Shown one piece after another: positions 40,005 through 52,681 of a stretch of DNA of 64,000 nt (positions are counted from its first letter, which is position 1; each line of letters begins with the position of its first letter). The stretch is taken from assembly GCA_951406725.2 (NCBI GenBank), contig OX597824.1:40734001-40798000 (forward strand). Direction: 5' to 3'. The notes beneath the pieces were generated by a model. That model ran no database searches. It was not told the DNA's origin and worked only from the letters and a program-made list of their open reading frames with translations. A program made the position numbers and the translations under genes. This DNA comes from Octopus vulgaris (Eukaryota).

Positions 40005-40345
40005 CAACAACAACAATAATTTCAAATTTTGGCAAAAGGCCAACAATTTTAGGGAGGGGTGGTCAATTATTTGACTGCTATTTTTCTTTTACCGACCCTG
40101 AAAGGATGAAAAACAAAGTTGAATCCAGCATGACTGGAGCTCAGAACCTAAAAACAACTAGAACAAATACCACAAGGCATCTATTCTGATGCTCTAATGA
40201 GTCTGTTAGCTCAATAATGATTTCACAAGGCCAGTAAATTTTAAGAGGAGTGGTTAGTTTATTACATCGACACCCCTTCCCCCAGAACTAGACTGGTACT
40301 TTATTTTATTGACTCCCAGATGGACAAAAAGCAAATTTGACCTCA
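37095..40345 (-). repeat. Head-to-tail array of ~11 SINE copies (Meta/MESC-like core) separated by (AAT)n
   Basis: Repeating unit GGCACAAGGCC..GATTACATC.ACCCC..ACTGGTACTT..AAAGGATGAAAGGCAAAGT.GACC..GAATTTGAACTCAGAA..CTAAGCATTT..GCTAAC.ATTCTGCCA. Confidence 0.88.
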
Positions 40346-40577
40346 AAATGAAAAGAACCGGGAAATTATCATTATTATTTTGGCGTTAGGAAGGGCATCC
40401 AGCCGTAGAAATACTGCCAAATCTGACTGGGCCTGATGCTGCCTCCCGGCTTCACAGACCCCAGTTAAACCGTCCAACCCATGCTAGCATGGAAAACGGA
40501 CGCTAAATGATGATGATGATGATGATGATTGTTAATTATTATTATTTTTATTATTATTATTATTATCATTATTATTA

Positions 40578-40639
<62 letters not shown>

Positions 40640-40873
40640 GTTATTATTATTTATTCAACTTTGCCTTTCATCCTTTCGGGGTCGCTGAAATAAGTGCCTG
40701 CAAGACACTGTGGTTGATGTAATCAACTTATCCCCGCCCCCCCCAAAAAATATCAGGCGATTATTATTATTATCATTATTATTTCCTCCTTAATTGGACA
40801 CAGTGGCAACATAACTGCACAAACATAAGGGATCAATGGTACACAAAAAGGTGCGTGTGCATGTGTGTGTGTG

Positions 40874-40921
<48 letters not shown>

Positions 40922-41426
40922 CAAATGCAAAATCTCAAAATAACAATTGTGAATGGTATACTGATCATTATAATGATGACGACGATGATGGCGACAACGA
41001 CGATGATGACGACAACGACGATGGCATTGACAATACGATTACAATGAAATTGGTGATGACTTTCATAACGTTGATCGTGATGACGGCGATCAAGATTTAC
41101 GATTTCAATTTTTTTTCCCCCTATTTGTTTACTTTTCCTACCCATCTACTTTCACTTTCATTCTTTCTCTTTGTATTTTTTTAAAATTGCGTTTGCGAAA
41201 AGGTAAGGCAATTGCTGTATAAATCAACGATAAAAACGATATTATCATCTATTTGGGTGGGACGTATCCGACATACACAAACGCAAACATACACACACAC
41301 ACACATGCACATGTGCACGTGCGTGCACTCACACATGCAGGCAAGGAGGCAGTTAACCACGTAGATAAATCGATAGCTAGGTAAGATGTGTGTGTATGCA
41401 TATGTGTATATATATGTATATAATGA

Positions 41427-41578
<152 letters not shown>

Positions 41579-42073
41579 ATGAGAATGAGAGGTGTGTGCG
41601 GAAGTAGGTAGTTATAAAAGGTTTACAGGTATACGAACATATGTACAGAGAAAACAATTGTTAGGTTTGATAGGTAGAAAGATGGATAGGAATATAGCTA
41701 TGTCGATTGATTGATTAATTGGCATAAAGCCAAATATATAAACAGACATATAGTAACAGACAAGGTGATATATTTATATATATATATATACATGCGTGTG
41801 TGAATAGAGAGAAAGAGTGAGAGAGAGAAAACGAGAGAAATTAACAAAGGTGTGTGTATGTATGTATGTATGTATGTATGTATGTATGTATGTGTGTGTG
41901 TGTGTATGTGTGTGCGCGTGCGAGTGAGCGAGAGAGAGAGAGAGAGAGAGAGCGAGAGTATAAAAGACGGTACTCCGGGGATAGCCTCTACTGTCTCTCC
42001 GTATGTGTATATATCTACAAACTGTAGACTAAACTCAAACCAATGAACAATGGGATGTGTGAGTGTGTGTGTA

Positions 42074-42143
<70 letters not shown>

Positions 42144-42290
42144 TGTGTACACACTCCTAATAGGTAGACGGATATGCATTATATGCATAGGTAATACACT
42201 TTCTTTATTACAAGATTGAACATGCTTACAAAGACATACACATACCTTCAAATGTGTGAGTGTATATTCTGTGTGTGTGTGTGGGTGTGT

Positions 42291-42382
<92 letters not shown>

Positions 42383-42430
42383 TGCGTGTGTGTGTATTTA
42401 TTTATGTACGTATGTATAGATTTGACCTAC

Positions 42431-42521
42431 CAGCTTTCGTCGGGCCAACCATAAGTACCTTACTAGGGCCACCCAACAAGTGTCCACCACTACCTCCACG
42501 GCAGCTGAGAGGTACTCCCAT
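42431..42521 (-). CDS. Divergent ARF/ARL-family small GTPase, exon 1 of 4 (MGVPLSCRGGSGGHLLGGPSKVLMVGPTKA-G)
   Basis: ATG at 42521, Gly2 in an MGxxxS context, beta1 and first half of the P-loop (KVLMVGPTKAG). Ends at phase-1 donor G|GTAGGT, which joins exon 2 in frame to give GPTKAGKT. Confidence 0.9.
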
Positions 42522-42760
42522 ATTCCAATGGTCGACTACACGCCCTCAACACCACCGCTAACACGGCTGATGAAGACAACATCAGATCTGAAGAAATACC
42601 GAAATATTATTCATAGGAACGGACGGACGGACGACTCGATTTCGGAAACACAGTTAGCTCAACTAGCTGACAAGTGTGGCTGCAGCCTCGCACAGTTCCC
42701 TCCCAGCTCTCACCATCTCATCCCCCACTCTCTTTCTCCGTTTCTTTCTTTCTTATAATC
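42522..42760 (-). promoter_or_regulatory. 5' UTR / proximal promoter region of the ARF-like gene
   Basis: Unique, relatively CpG-retaining sequence directly upstream of the exon-1 ATG; positional inference only. Confidence 0.4.
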
Positions 42761-43363
42761 CAATTTTCTCTTTCTCTCATTCACTCTCATTTAATTTGTC
42801 TCTCTCTTTCTCTCCCTCCCTACCTCTTTCTCTTTCGTTTACGACTTCGCTCCACATTCATTCACATTCATTGAATCCATCCATCTCTTCTCTTTGCATT
42901 TTCCTGTTGTCTCTCTCCCTCAATCGATATTTGTTTGTTCAAGTATGTGGTTTGCATATGTGTGTGTGTTTTCGCGCGCGTGAATTTGTTTCTTACTCTC
43001 TATGTCTCTCCTCTCACTCCCTCTCTTTGTCGCCATATGTGTTTGTGTGTGGGAGTTACCTTAGCGCACATACATACTAACACAGCACGCACATTCACAC
43101 ACGTACATACACATATATACAGATGTTCATACATATGCTACATGTTATCATTAGTATGCACAGGTACATCCCTTTCTATATTACGCACAAACACACAGAT
43201 ATTTTTCTGCCTTTAACCTGTGATTGACTTTCATTTTCTGTCCAATTTCTTAATATTTATGTATATATGAGAGAACGAGAGAGGCAGGGAGAAAAGTATC
43301 TACTTATGTATGTATATAAGTGTGCGCGCACACAAATATATGAATGCATATATATATATACAC

Positions 43364-43431
<68 letters not shown>

Positions 43432-43432
43432 T

Positions 43433-43485
<53 letters not shown>

Positions 43486-43699
43486 TGCCTCTAGTTAGAG
43501 ACAGCAAAAGCTCCTAAAAGATGTTGCAAACTCGTTTTCTTATGATAACTAAGACTACTGCAATGTTGGAAACGTTTCTGTCTCTTCAACAGATATTTCA
43601 GGGTCACAAACGTTTCCTTAGCTTGTGGACTTCGCTTGAATGGGACAGTGCTGAATGAATTATCTTTTACTTCCAGATGTATTCCATCTTCGGTCCTTT

Positions 43700-46440
43700 G
43701 TCAACTACAACCACCACGAGCTGGTCCTAGCTGCCATTACTACCACCCTAGTGGCTTTATTTAGTTGTTTGATTTCCAAATCAATCTTCTGCAATAACGC
43801 ACCTATATTGCTGGGAAATCACAGCAGCCGACTTCACTGGAGAATGAAGCTGCATGTCAGCCTTCGAAAAAAGTCTCATCAACCAAGTCTTGGTGTTTGG
43901 CTTTCTTCGGTTATTGAAAAATGGCAAGTCTGTCCTGCAAGGGTATTGTGAGTTCAGACACAATGTTTATTTTTATACTCCTGGATAGAAAAACCATGTC
44001 CGTAACTGCCAATTCAGGTCAACTTACATCCTCTTGTTAGTGTACAATTCAGGTCAACTTATATCGCCCTGTCAGAGGCTTGATGTAAAATAGAAAATGG
44101 ATCCATCTTTCACAACTGCATTTATTTTAGGAACCTTATCGCCTTTGGAAGGTGAATACTATTACATGATTTTCATTAAACCTCTACAAGTTTGTTCACT
44201 TGGCAATAACCATATGGACCTTATCGTGTTTATACACGGCCTAGGGCTTCCAGTCAAAACGTGGTTCAGGGTCCAAAAAATTGCTCTGCACTACTTGAAG
44301 GATGGGTTTTATTCTTTGCTTCAAATTCTGAGGCTGTATGGGGTTTACAAGAGGTAATCGGCAGCGCACGGGCTGGAGGACAAGTTCCTATGTCAGTACT
44401 CCAGAATTCTCTCCAGAATAGTGGTTACTTGAATGTCAAGTCTTACAATATCCACTGTCCCTGCAGGCAAGCCCTATCGCTTTTATTCGGATCTTTTCCT
44501 CTGTTGTTGCTTGGATCCTCTGCACTATGAGCTCTCTAGTTTTCTCAAGTGCCTCCGTCATTAGCCTTGTTCAACTTCTTGGTGTTCTGGTTGCCAAATG
44601 CCAGTTGTCCTTGTCAAGCCACCACAAAATATACTTAATGCGCCCAGTTACAGCTTCCTTGGGCTTCCACTTCTTGCCACTCTTAATGGTCTTGGGGTAT
44701 CTGATTCTTTTCCTCAGATAGTAGCAATGGTGCTGACTGCTCTTACTTTAGTGGCTTTTAATTCTTCTACCACCAATAGAATTAGTAAACGGAACTTGGC
44801 AATATTTTGCTATACAAGTTGGCCGAATTAAAGCTTGGGGGAACACTCAGCCATCTTTGCCTGAATTTACGGCACATTTCCATTGCCTCCAGCAGTTTAG
44901 ATATATGATGCCGTACTGGAAACACTACAGAAATAGTTAGTTATTGTCAACTACTCTGAGTAGTTGTTTAATTGAGCCATAGTGTCCTTGGTGTTTCCGT
45001 TGTCTTTTTAGATACTGTCATAATTCTTCCCAAGGCATAGGCTTTTGTAGTGACGCCATTTTGGAAGTCTTCAGCACTGTTACACTTTCTTCTTCCGAAT
45101 TGCTGGAATCTCAAATCTATGAATACTGTTGTTATTGTTTGTTAGTTTTCCTTTCAGGATACTCAAGTTCTAAGATTTCCTTGGGTTGAATTTCGTACAT
45201 GACTATGCAATCATATTCTCCGGCGAACTGAGAGTTTGCCGTGTTCCTTGGGCTGATAGTGCTATAAGTCCAGAGCGCTCATGAATGATAACAAATTATT
45301 AATGAAGACCCTGCAGACTAAGTTTTCATAGATGATCTGTATTGTCATCAGTTTCTGGTCCTTGTGAGTGCTTTCCCCACATGTCTCGTTGTAGATATAT
45401 GGCAGCCACTAACTGGACCACGGATAAACATACACTTTGCTATTAAGTCCTGTTCAAGTCTCTGCCATTTGGTGGTGAAATTTCCCACAGTGAACTCTTT
45501 AGTAAATCCATATGCGACCTCACAAGTATGTCTACTTAGATTACCGTCAATCCTCTAGTATAATCCGCATTTTTTCCCCTAAAATTTAAAGGTCAAAATC
45601 CCTAGTGCGTACTATATACGAGGTTAAAAATGAAAAATTTCTCCTAAGCAATGTCCGAGTCTCTATTTGCTGTCCGGCAATGTTTATTCAGACGCATTTT
45701 GTGATGTCGGGCGCGAAAATACCTTAAGCTACGTCTGAAAGCAATGAAGTCATAAAAGAACCATCCATAACTTGCAGTAAGCAACATTTATTAAACGTTA
45801 TTACTGTTATTACTGTTATTACTGTTATTTTCTTTATTTTCTGCAAACAAAATGCACAAACAAGCTACACATTTGCATTATGTTATATATACAATAATAA
45901 TAAAGGACGTTACCGTATACATTTTTACAAACCAAGGACGTTATATAGACCTCCTTGACTCAAGTTAGAGAAGGGGGTGCGTATTATACACAAGGGTTAG
46001 GTTTTTCATAGGTACAGCCCCCTACAAATCCCCTGCGTATTATACTCAAGGGCGGACTATACTCGAGGATTTACGGTAGCTGATGGAGAACACGTGGTTA
46101 AGATTTACTGAGAGCTATTGTTCTCCTTTACTTTTTTAATGATCAGGCTGATTGCCATTGTATGTTCAAGGCATCCAGAGTGCACTGGGACTCCCTCTTT
46201 TTGGACACCTGTGTCACTGTACTCATTGGTGAGTAGATATGTTATCGACCTATGGCAATGATGGACCAGAAGATCTTCCCTGATACGAAGAAATATCAGC
46301 CTCCCACTTTTTAGCTTTTCAAAGATGTCAGCTGAGAACCAGAAAGGGTTATCATAGAGGACTTCCTCTACTTTCACCCTTACTCCTTTCTCTGGATTTG
46401 TCTCTGCTCTGCGAAGCTGAAGAAAGTTGTCCAGGATGAT
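43700..46440 (-). mobile_element. Degraded HERO-like (RLE-type) LINE interrupted by a Tc2/pogo-like MITE
   Basis: YLLTNEYSDTGVQKEGVP..SGCLEHT (RT region) and ELTIP..KKAK..LV..G..A..F..EVGC..F (RLE region). Confidence 0.7.
45544..46076. mobile_element. Tc2/pogo-like non-autonomous element
   Basis: TA TSDs; TIRs CCGTCAATCCTCTAGTATAATCCGC / GCGGACTATACTCGAGGATTTACGG. Confidence 0.85.
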
Positions 46441-46759
46441 TTTTAGATCATAATTGTGGCGTGTATTGTGTGTGTGTGTGTGTGCGTGTGCGATATCTTT
46501 TTTAATTATTTGAATTCTTATATGCAAGGAGCTGGTTTCTAATTAAGAAGCAAAGGTCCGTTGCTGTAATTTGGTCAGCAAAAGCGATGCGTGTTGCGTA
46601 CTGAATTTTAGAAAAATCTTGCATATTTTTATTTTTCCACTTACAACTTACAGATTATGTTTGTTAAGTGATTGTTAACTAATCGTTGCTTGAAAATTAA
46701 CTTATCGTTACTCTAAGTTTTTTATACTTAGTTACTCTAAGCTTAGACACTTAGTAGCA

Positions 46760-49700
46760 AAACCGAAAACCTCACCAATTAAATATATAAATCATTATAG
46801 CAGGTCGGAGGCTGGCGCACATCTGTGAGTAATTTCATACTAGTCAGTCGAGTAGCCCTTCTCTGATACATTTTGGGATGACAGTGTATGCAACAGTAGC
46901 ACCATCTCTGGTAAGAGAGCAACACTCTATTGTAACCTTACTTAAGCTTTGTAGAGAGTCATCAAATGTTAGAGACTGACGTATTTCCTGGACCTGAAGA
47001 AAAGGTTGACCGGGAGAACATTTAGAGCGTTTGTGAGGGCTGAAGTAAAGTGCTGCTCACGTCTAAGGGGGTGAGGTGCGATGATATTTCTTCATATGAA
47101 TAGGGGTTTTTCTTTAGATTTTTTTTTTTTTTTGCTTTTGCTGATGGAAGATTGATGTAGCTCAACTGGTGAATGCTTTCAAGTTCTCCCTTTATGGAAT
47201 CGGTGAAGGTTGAGGTTTACAGTACCTAGGTTTCGTGTAGCTGATGCGTGTTTGGAGAAGTTTAGTGTGGAATGAAAGGTTCTATTATCCGCGCCAGAGA
47301 GGGATATGGACGTGACTGCAAGATGACCATTGAAGTATAGAAGGAAGAGCGTAGCGACAAACTGAACACTGGGGTACACCAGAATTAATTAAGGGTGGAC
47401 AGAAAGAGCTCTGTTAACACAGTGCGATTTAATAGGAAATTATTGATTCAAGAGACGAGGGTGAGAGAGAGATGAAACCTGTAGGCTGAAAGTTTCTGTT
47501 GGAGATTCACATTCCAGACATTTTGAAAAGTTGTATTGATATTGAGAGCAACAACATTGCTTTTTACCAAATTTCTGTAAGACGAGTGACACAAGAAAGT
47601 AAGTCTCTAGGTCTCCAGTGGAATTTGCTCTACGGAAGCAATACTGTTGATCGTTGGGGAGAGGGATGGAGGGAGAGAGGGGAGAGGGAAAAAGGGGGAG
47701 AGAGGGAAGGACAGAGAGAAGGGGAGAAAAGGAGGGGGCACAGAGAAAATGAGAGAGAGAGAGATTCAAAGTGTTGGAGAAGTCGTTGTTGACGACTGTC
47801 ATCATTACCTTTGAGATATGGAACTGGGTGCAATAGGACAATAGTTGGCAGGAGTCAGAAAGGTTACTTTTCTTGGGAATAGGATACACTATGATATGCA
47901 TTGCCAAAGATCAGGGTATTTCTTACAGTGAGTGAGAGATTGAAGAGTTTGTTGAGTATAGGGACAAATTCCGGTACGTAGTGTTTGAAGGTTATGGAAG
48001 AGATGCTGTCAAGGTCGATGACCTTGTCAGGTTGAAGATATTTTCCCCTCGACATGTGTGTAGATACAAGGTGATGGTCCTGAAAGGGTGTAAAGGGATA
48101 GCTTTGGAGGCCAAATCGATGTGGTATGGAAGTAGAATCAAAACAAGTAGCGAAGGTGGAAGCTTTTTCGGCGGGGATACTGCCCAAAGATCTGTTGTTG
48201 CTGAGAAATGGAGGGCAAGAAGATTCCACAATGTTGGTGGGGATTCTTTTGGTAAGACACCAGGACTGTCTGCGGTTTGGAAGGTGGTAAAAGTCGAAGG
48301 ATGTGCGATTCACGAAGGCATCTGTGGCAGTTCGGATTATAGTCTTGCAGGGTAAAGGGTCACGAATGACCATGGGATTTCACCAAGAAAGTTCCTCCCC
48401 GGGGCACAAGTCCGAATAAGGTTGTTTGTGGAAGACCAGCTGCATACACTGTCATCCCAAAATGTATCAGCCTCCCCTCTCCACGCCACCGATGTTGTCT
48501 AAGGGAAAAGCAAAGGCCAATACGGACTGGTACCAGTAAGGTCGCAACTCATTTCTACAGCAGTGAACAGGAGCAACGTGAAATAAAATGTCTTGCTCAA
48601 GAACACAACACACAGCCCGCTCCGGGAATCGAACCATGCCCGTTGTTAAGGAGGTACACTGGACGACACTTCCCCCTCACTATTCAATGGTGTACACTCA
48701 AATTTACAGTGATTTCGAAACTCCATTATTACGAACAGATGCTCACCAAGAATATTCTGAAGCACCCCCAGACACTAAAGTCTGGCGACGAGTCTGAATC
48801 GAACTCATAACCTCACGATTGTAAGCCCGACGCTATAACCATTGAGACATAAGAGCTGTGATATTGAGCAACGCTGTGCAGTTTTGGGAGGGGAGTGAAT
48901 TTCTCTAGATGATGTAGGCCTTGCTTTCACCCCGAACAGCTGCAGTGCAGTTATGAATGAACCACGTGGGGAGATTTCAGTTTCTATCGTGTTGGAGATA
49001 TAGAGATATACCAATTTCTTTATTGCCCACCTTGGGGACTTGGGGATACAGAGACATACCTAAAAGGATATTTTCAGTCACCTAACTAGATAAGCCGTTG
49101 TAGCAGTATTATAGTCCACCGGGCAAATCAATGTACTGGGCCCTATAATATTTATTTTTTGACAAGTCACAAACATACGTAGATCAGAATAGGGCTGTAG
49201 ACCTGTGAGGTCCCCGGACAACTGCCTAGTGTGTCTATGCTTTAAGATGGCACAGCTGTCTAGTTGCTTCTGATAGGAGTGAAGCACGTGTACTACCAGA
49301 AATAACTGGCATAAAACGGGCAGAATTTCGGCCAGTGGGTTGACTTACAGTACCGTAGGATACGAGGGGTAGAGCGTTATGCAGTATGTAATTCCGATGT
49401 GATAGTGGTCGGATGACCCAATAAGATGTTGAAGTTATTACGATTTAGGAGAGTAGATTTTTAAGAAAGAAAGAGGTCATAAGTGTTTAAAGTGTCTTTG
49501 CGTCAGTCTGGAATGCGAGTGGAAGGTGAGACAAGTTGATACATTGAGTTGAGAATAGCAAAATATCAAGCTTTTGCATTAGTAGCTTCGTTCTGGGAGG
49601 TGAGAGTCGTCAGCTTTGAAGTCACCGAAAACGATAACTTCGGGGAAGATGAAGTAAGCTATATATTCCCTTAAGACAGAAGGAAATGTAATCAAAGAGT
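46760..49700 (-). mobile_element. Degraded jockey-like LINE (endonuclease-RT remnants) with nested SINEs at ~48400-48850
   Basis: EKASTFA..F, LNKLFNLSL, PIPKK..SD, ISKVM..VVN and DQQY.FR..NSTGDL motifs, with frameshifts. Confidence 0.65.
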
Positions 49701-51707
49701 TGCTAGTAGTTTGAGGTGTTCGGAGAGGGAAAACGGAGAAATGTTCATCGTTGAAAACGACGGAGAACCATGAAAAAATTTGCGTGAGTGTTGTGCGCGC
49801 CTCTATATAGATGTATGTATATGTATGTATGTATTATGTATGTATGTATGTATGTATGTATGTATGTATGTATGTATGTATACATATTTGTGCGTGCGTG
49901 TGTGTGCATGTGTGCGTGTGTTTGTGTGCGCGGGTACGTGTGTATATAATACACCGGACATGCTTAGTGGCATTTCTTCCCATTTTACATACTGGGATCA
50001 AATTGCCCGATGTGGACTTTGCCTTTCATTCTTTCAGGGTCGATAAGATAATACCAGTTGAGCACTGTGGCTGACGTAATGGACTCTCCTCTCCCTTAAT
50101 ATTTTAGGCCTTGTGCCTGTAGTAGAAATAATATTGTATTACGTATGTATAATAAAAACACCTCACATTTCTCTACTTTCTCTGTGTGTGTGTGCACAAG
50201 TTGTGTGTGTGTGTGATCTCACTGTCTCTAAGTATCCAGGTAAAAGTGGTGGGAGGAATCAATCGTAGAGTACTATTGTCATGCAGTTCTGATCAGCCCT
50301 AATGAAACAGAATTATACTTAAATGAGCTCCAACCGTGACAATCCTTTTTATATTAGAATATATATCATCGAAATTCTCTAATATGTACATCCTTTTTTG
50401 AAGGTAATATTAGCTGCAATTTCTAGTCGGATGACTGCATAAAGGTTCCCTAGTCGATTCCTATTAGTAACCAATGGTGATGGTTTATAATGAGCCAATA
50501 GTATTTGTTTTGAAAATGGTTGAGGAGGAGGTAATCTCTTCCCCCTCTCTTATATAAATTCCTCTCAATTTCCCCTATATTCACCTAATCCTTCTGTCTC
50601 ATTCTTTTTCACCCTCGCTGTATCTTTCTTGTAGCTTTTATCTTTTCATTTTTCTTTTTCTTTTTTGAGGTGAGGAAGGCGGTATTTCAGTAAATACTTT
50701 TGCTGACCTACTAATATCGTTGTTCATTCTATATCGTCACTATTGTTTCCCTTCGTCGTCGTCGTGATCGACATATGCTGTTTCCATGCATATGGTTTTC
50801 TTTACTTTCACAACAGAGCAATAATTCGTAAGACCATGTCTCCGAATGCCAAGCTGTTTTCAGAAATATGTATATCATGGGAAATAACTCTTGGTTTCCC
50901 ATTACGCGCGGAAGAAAATATTTCTGTGTACAAATATCTGCGCGCGTGTCTACAAAGAGGGGAAAAATGTGATTACATGTAATTCAGTTATTTATTTGAA
51001 TTTACTGATTCAGTCCATTTTCACTCTGTATTTCCTGCATCTAGGTGTTTGTTCTGTTCAGATGAATACATAGACACATTATAAAGAATCATTAGCTCTA
51101 ATGAATTAATTGTATGGTAGAAATGTACTCTGAACAGGTCACAACAAAGACGACCTATCCTGGGGAAAAATAACCTTGAATAAAAACTGATACATTATAG
51201 TGAACATTTTAGTTCTATCAGATGACCTCTCTACTGTCGATGGTATGGTAAAATTCATGCAACCAATGCTGTTACGCGCTTTGTGATAGAAAGGCATTAG
51301 CCATTAAAAAACTCATGCAGTCAAAAATTTGAGTAAGAACTCTATGTATACAAGACTAACACTATGTTAACACTGAACAAGGTGTGTACTGGATTGGTGT
51401 AAACATTCTTTGACTCTCATCGAATGATCATATGAGTGCTCTTCCTTCTAAATGTTGGCAGATATAAAGAAACTGGTGAAAGTAAAGAATACATACTCCC
51501 AGTGTTTAAGGTTAGGGTTTTTGTTACGCCGAAAATGGGTGGTGTACATATTCTTTACCTCTGCCCAAGTAACCTACACACTACCACCAGTAGAGAGTTT
51601 TTAGATGGATAGGTTGTTTTCCATCTAATGTGCCTCTACTCAGAAGGCTGTAATATCATTTGACAGGAACACGGTATAAAGAAATACATGGAACAATGTG
51701 GTAACTT

Positions 51708-51932
51708 TAAGTGCTTCAAAAACCAAGATGATGCCAAACATGCCTTCAACAACTTCATTGCCACCAGAACGCAGGATTTTTACACTACTGGCATAAATAA
51801 ACTAGTTTCGCGTTGGCAAAAGTATGTTGATCCTGATGGTGTTTATTTCAATTAATAAAGTTTTGTTTGAGCCGAGATATGTGCATCTAAATTTAAAGGT
51901 TAAAAACCGCAAGAACTTTCTTGACAACCTAA
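51708..51932 (+). mobile_element. Mariner 3' fragment with right TIR
   Basis: KCFKNQDDAKHAFNNFIATRTQDFYTTGINKLVSRWQKYVDPDGVYFN*, then AAAACCGCAAGAACTTTCTTGACAACCTAA-TA. Confidence 0.8.
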
Positions 51933-52628
51933 TACTAGGAATGAAGATTAATCAAGGGAATGCTGTATGATAAAAAAGAAACAAAGAAAATGAAGGTAGA
52001 AAAAGTAGGAAAACCATTGGAAATAGTTGACAATTATTGTCATCATTGTTTAACATCCTCCTTCCATGTTGGCATGGGTTGGATGGTTTGATAGGAGCTG
52101 GCTAGGCTGAAGACTGCGCCAAGCTTCTGTGTCTGTTTTGACATAGTTTATTATGGCTGGATGCCCTTCCTAACACCAATCTCCCTGTAGAGTGGACTGA
52201 GTGCTTTTATGTGGCACTAGCACAGGTGAGGTCAGTTTTGGCATGGCTTTTATAGCTGGATGCCCTTCCAAATGCCAACCACTTTACAGTGTGGACTGGG
52301 TGCTTTTTAAGTGGCATCAGCACTGTCAGGGCCACTAAGTAACTTGCATGACAAGGAATCTTTGAGAGGGAAGGAGACATTGGAGGGGGTGATCTTGTGT
52401 CAGATGATGAAAGGTTAGAGTATGACAGAGAGACTGAGAGAGAGAAACAGAAGTCTTGTTGTAGAGGAGCGTCCTGTTGTAGAGAAATTTCAAGGCTGAT
52501 CTTTATTGCCTCATAAAGATTACAAAGGACTACAACAAGTTAGAGACACTGTGTTTAAAGTAACTCATCCAACCTATGTGAGCATAAAGATGCTGATGTA
52601 AAAATTACAATGATAGTGATGATGATGA

Positions 52629-52681
<53 letters not shown>

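Noticed and set aside
37095-40345. Repeat-spacer-like periodicity suggesting a CRISPR array
   Set aside because: Units are ~200-bp diverged SINEs with microsatellite spacers in a eukaryotic intron; there are no cas genes.
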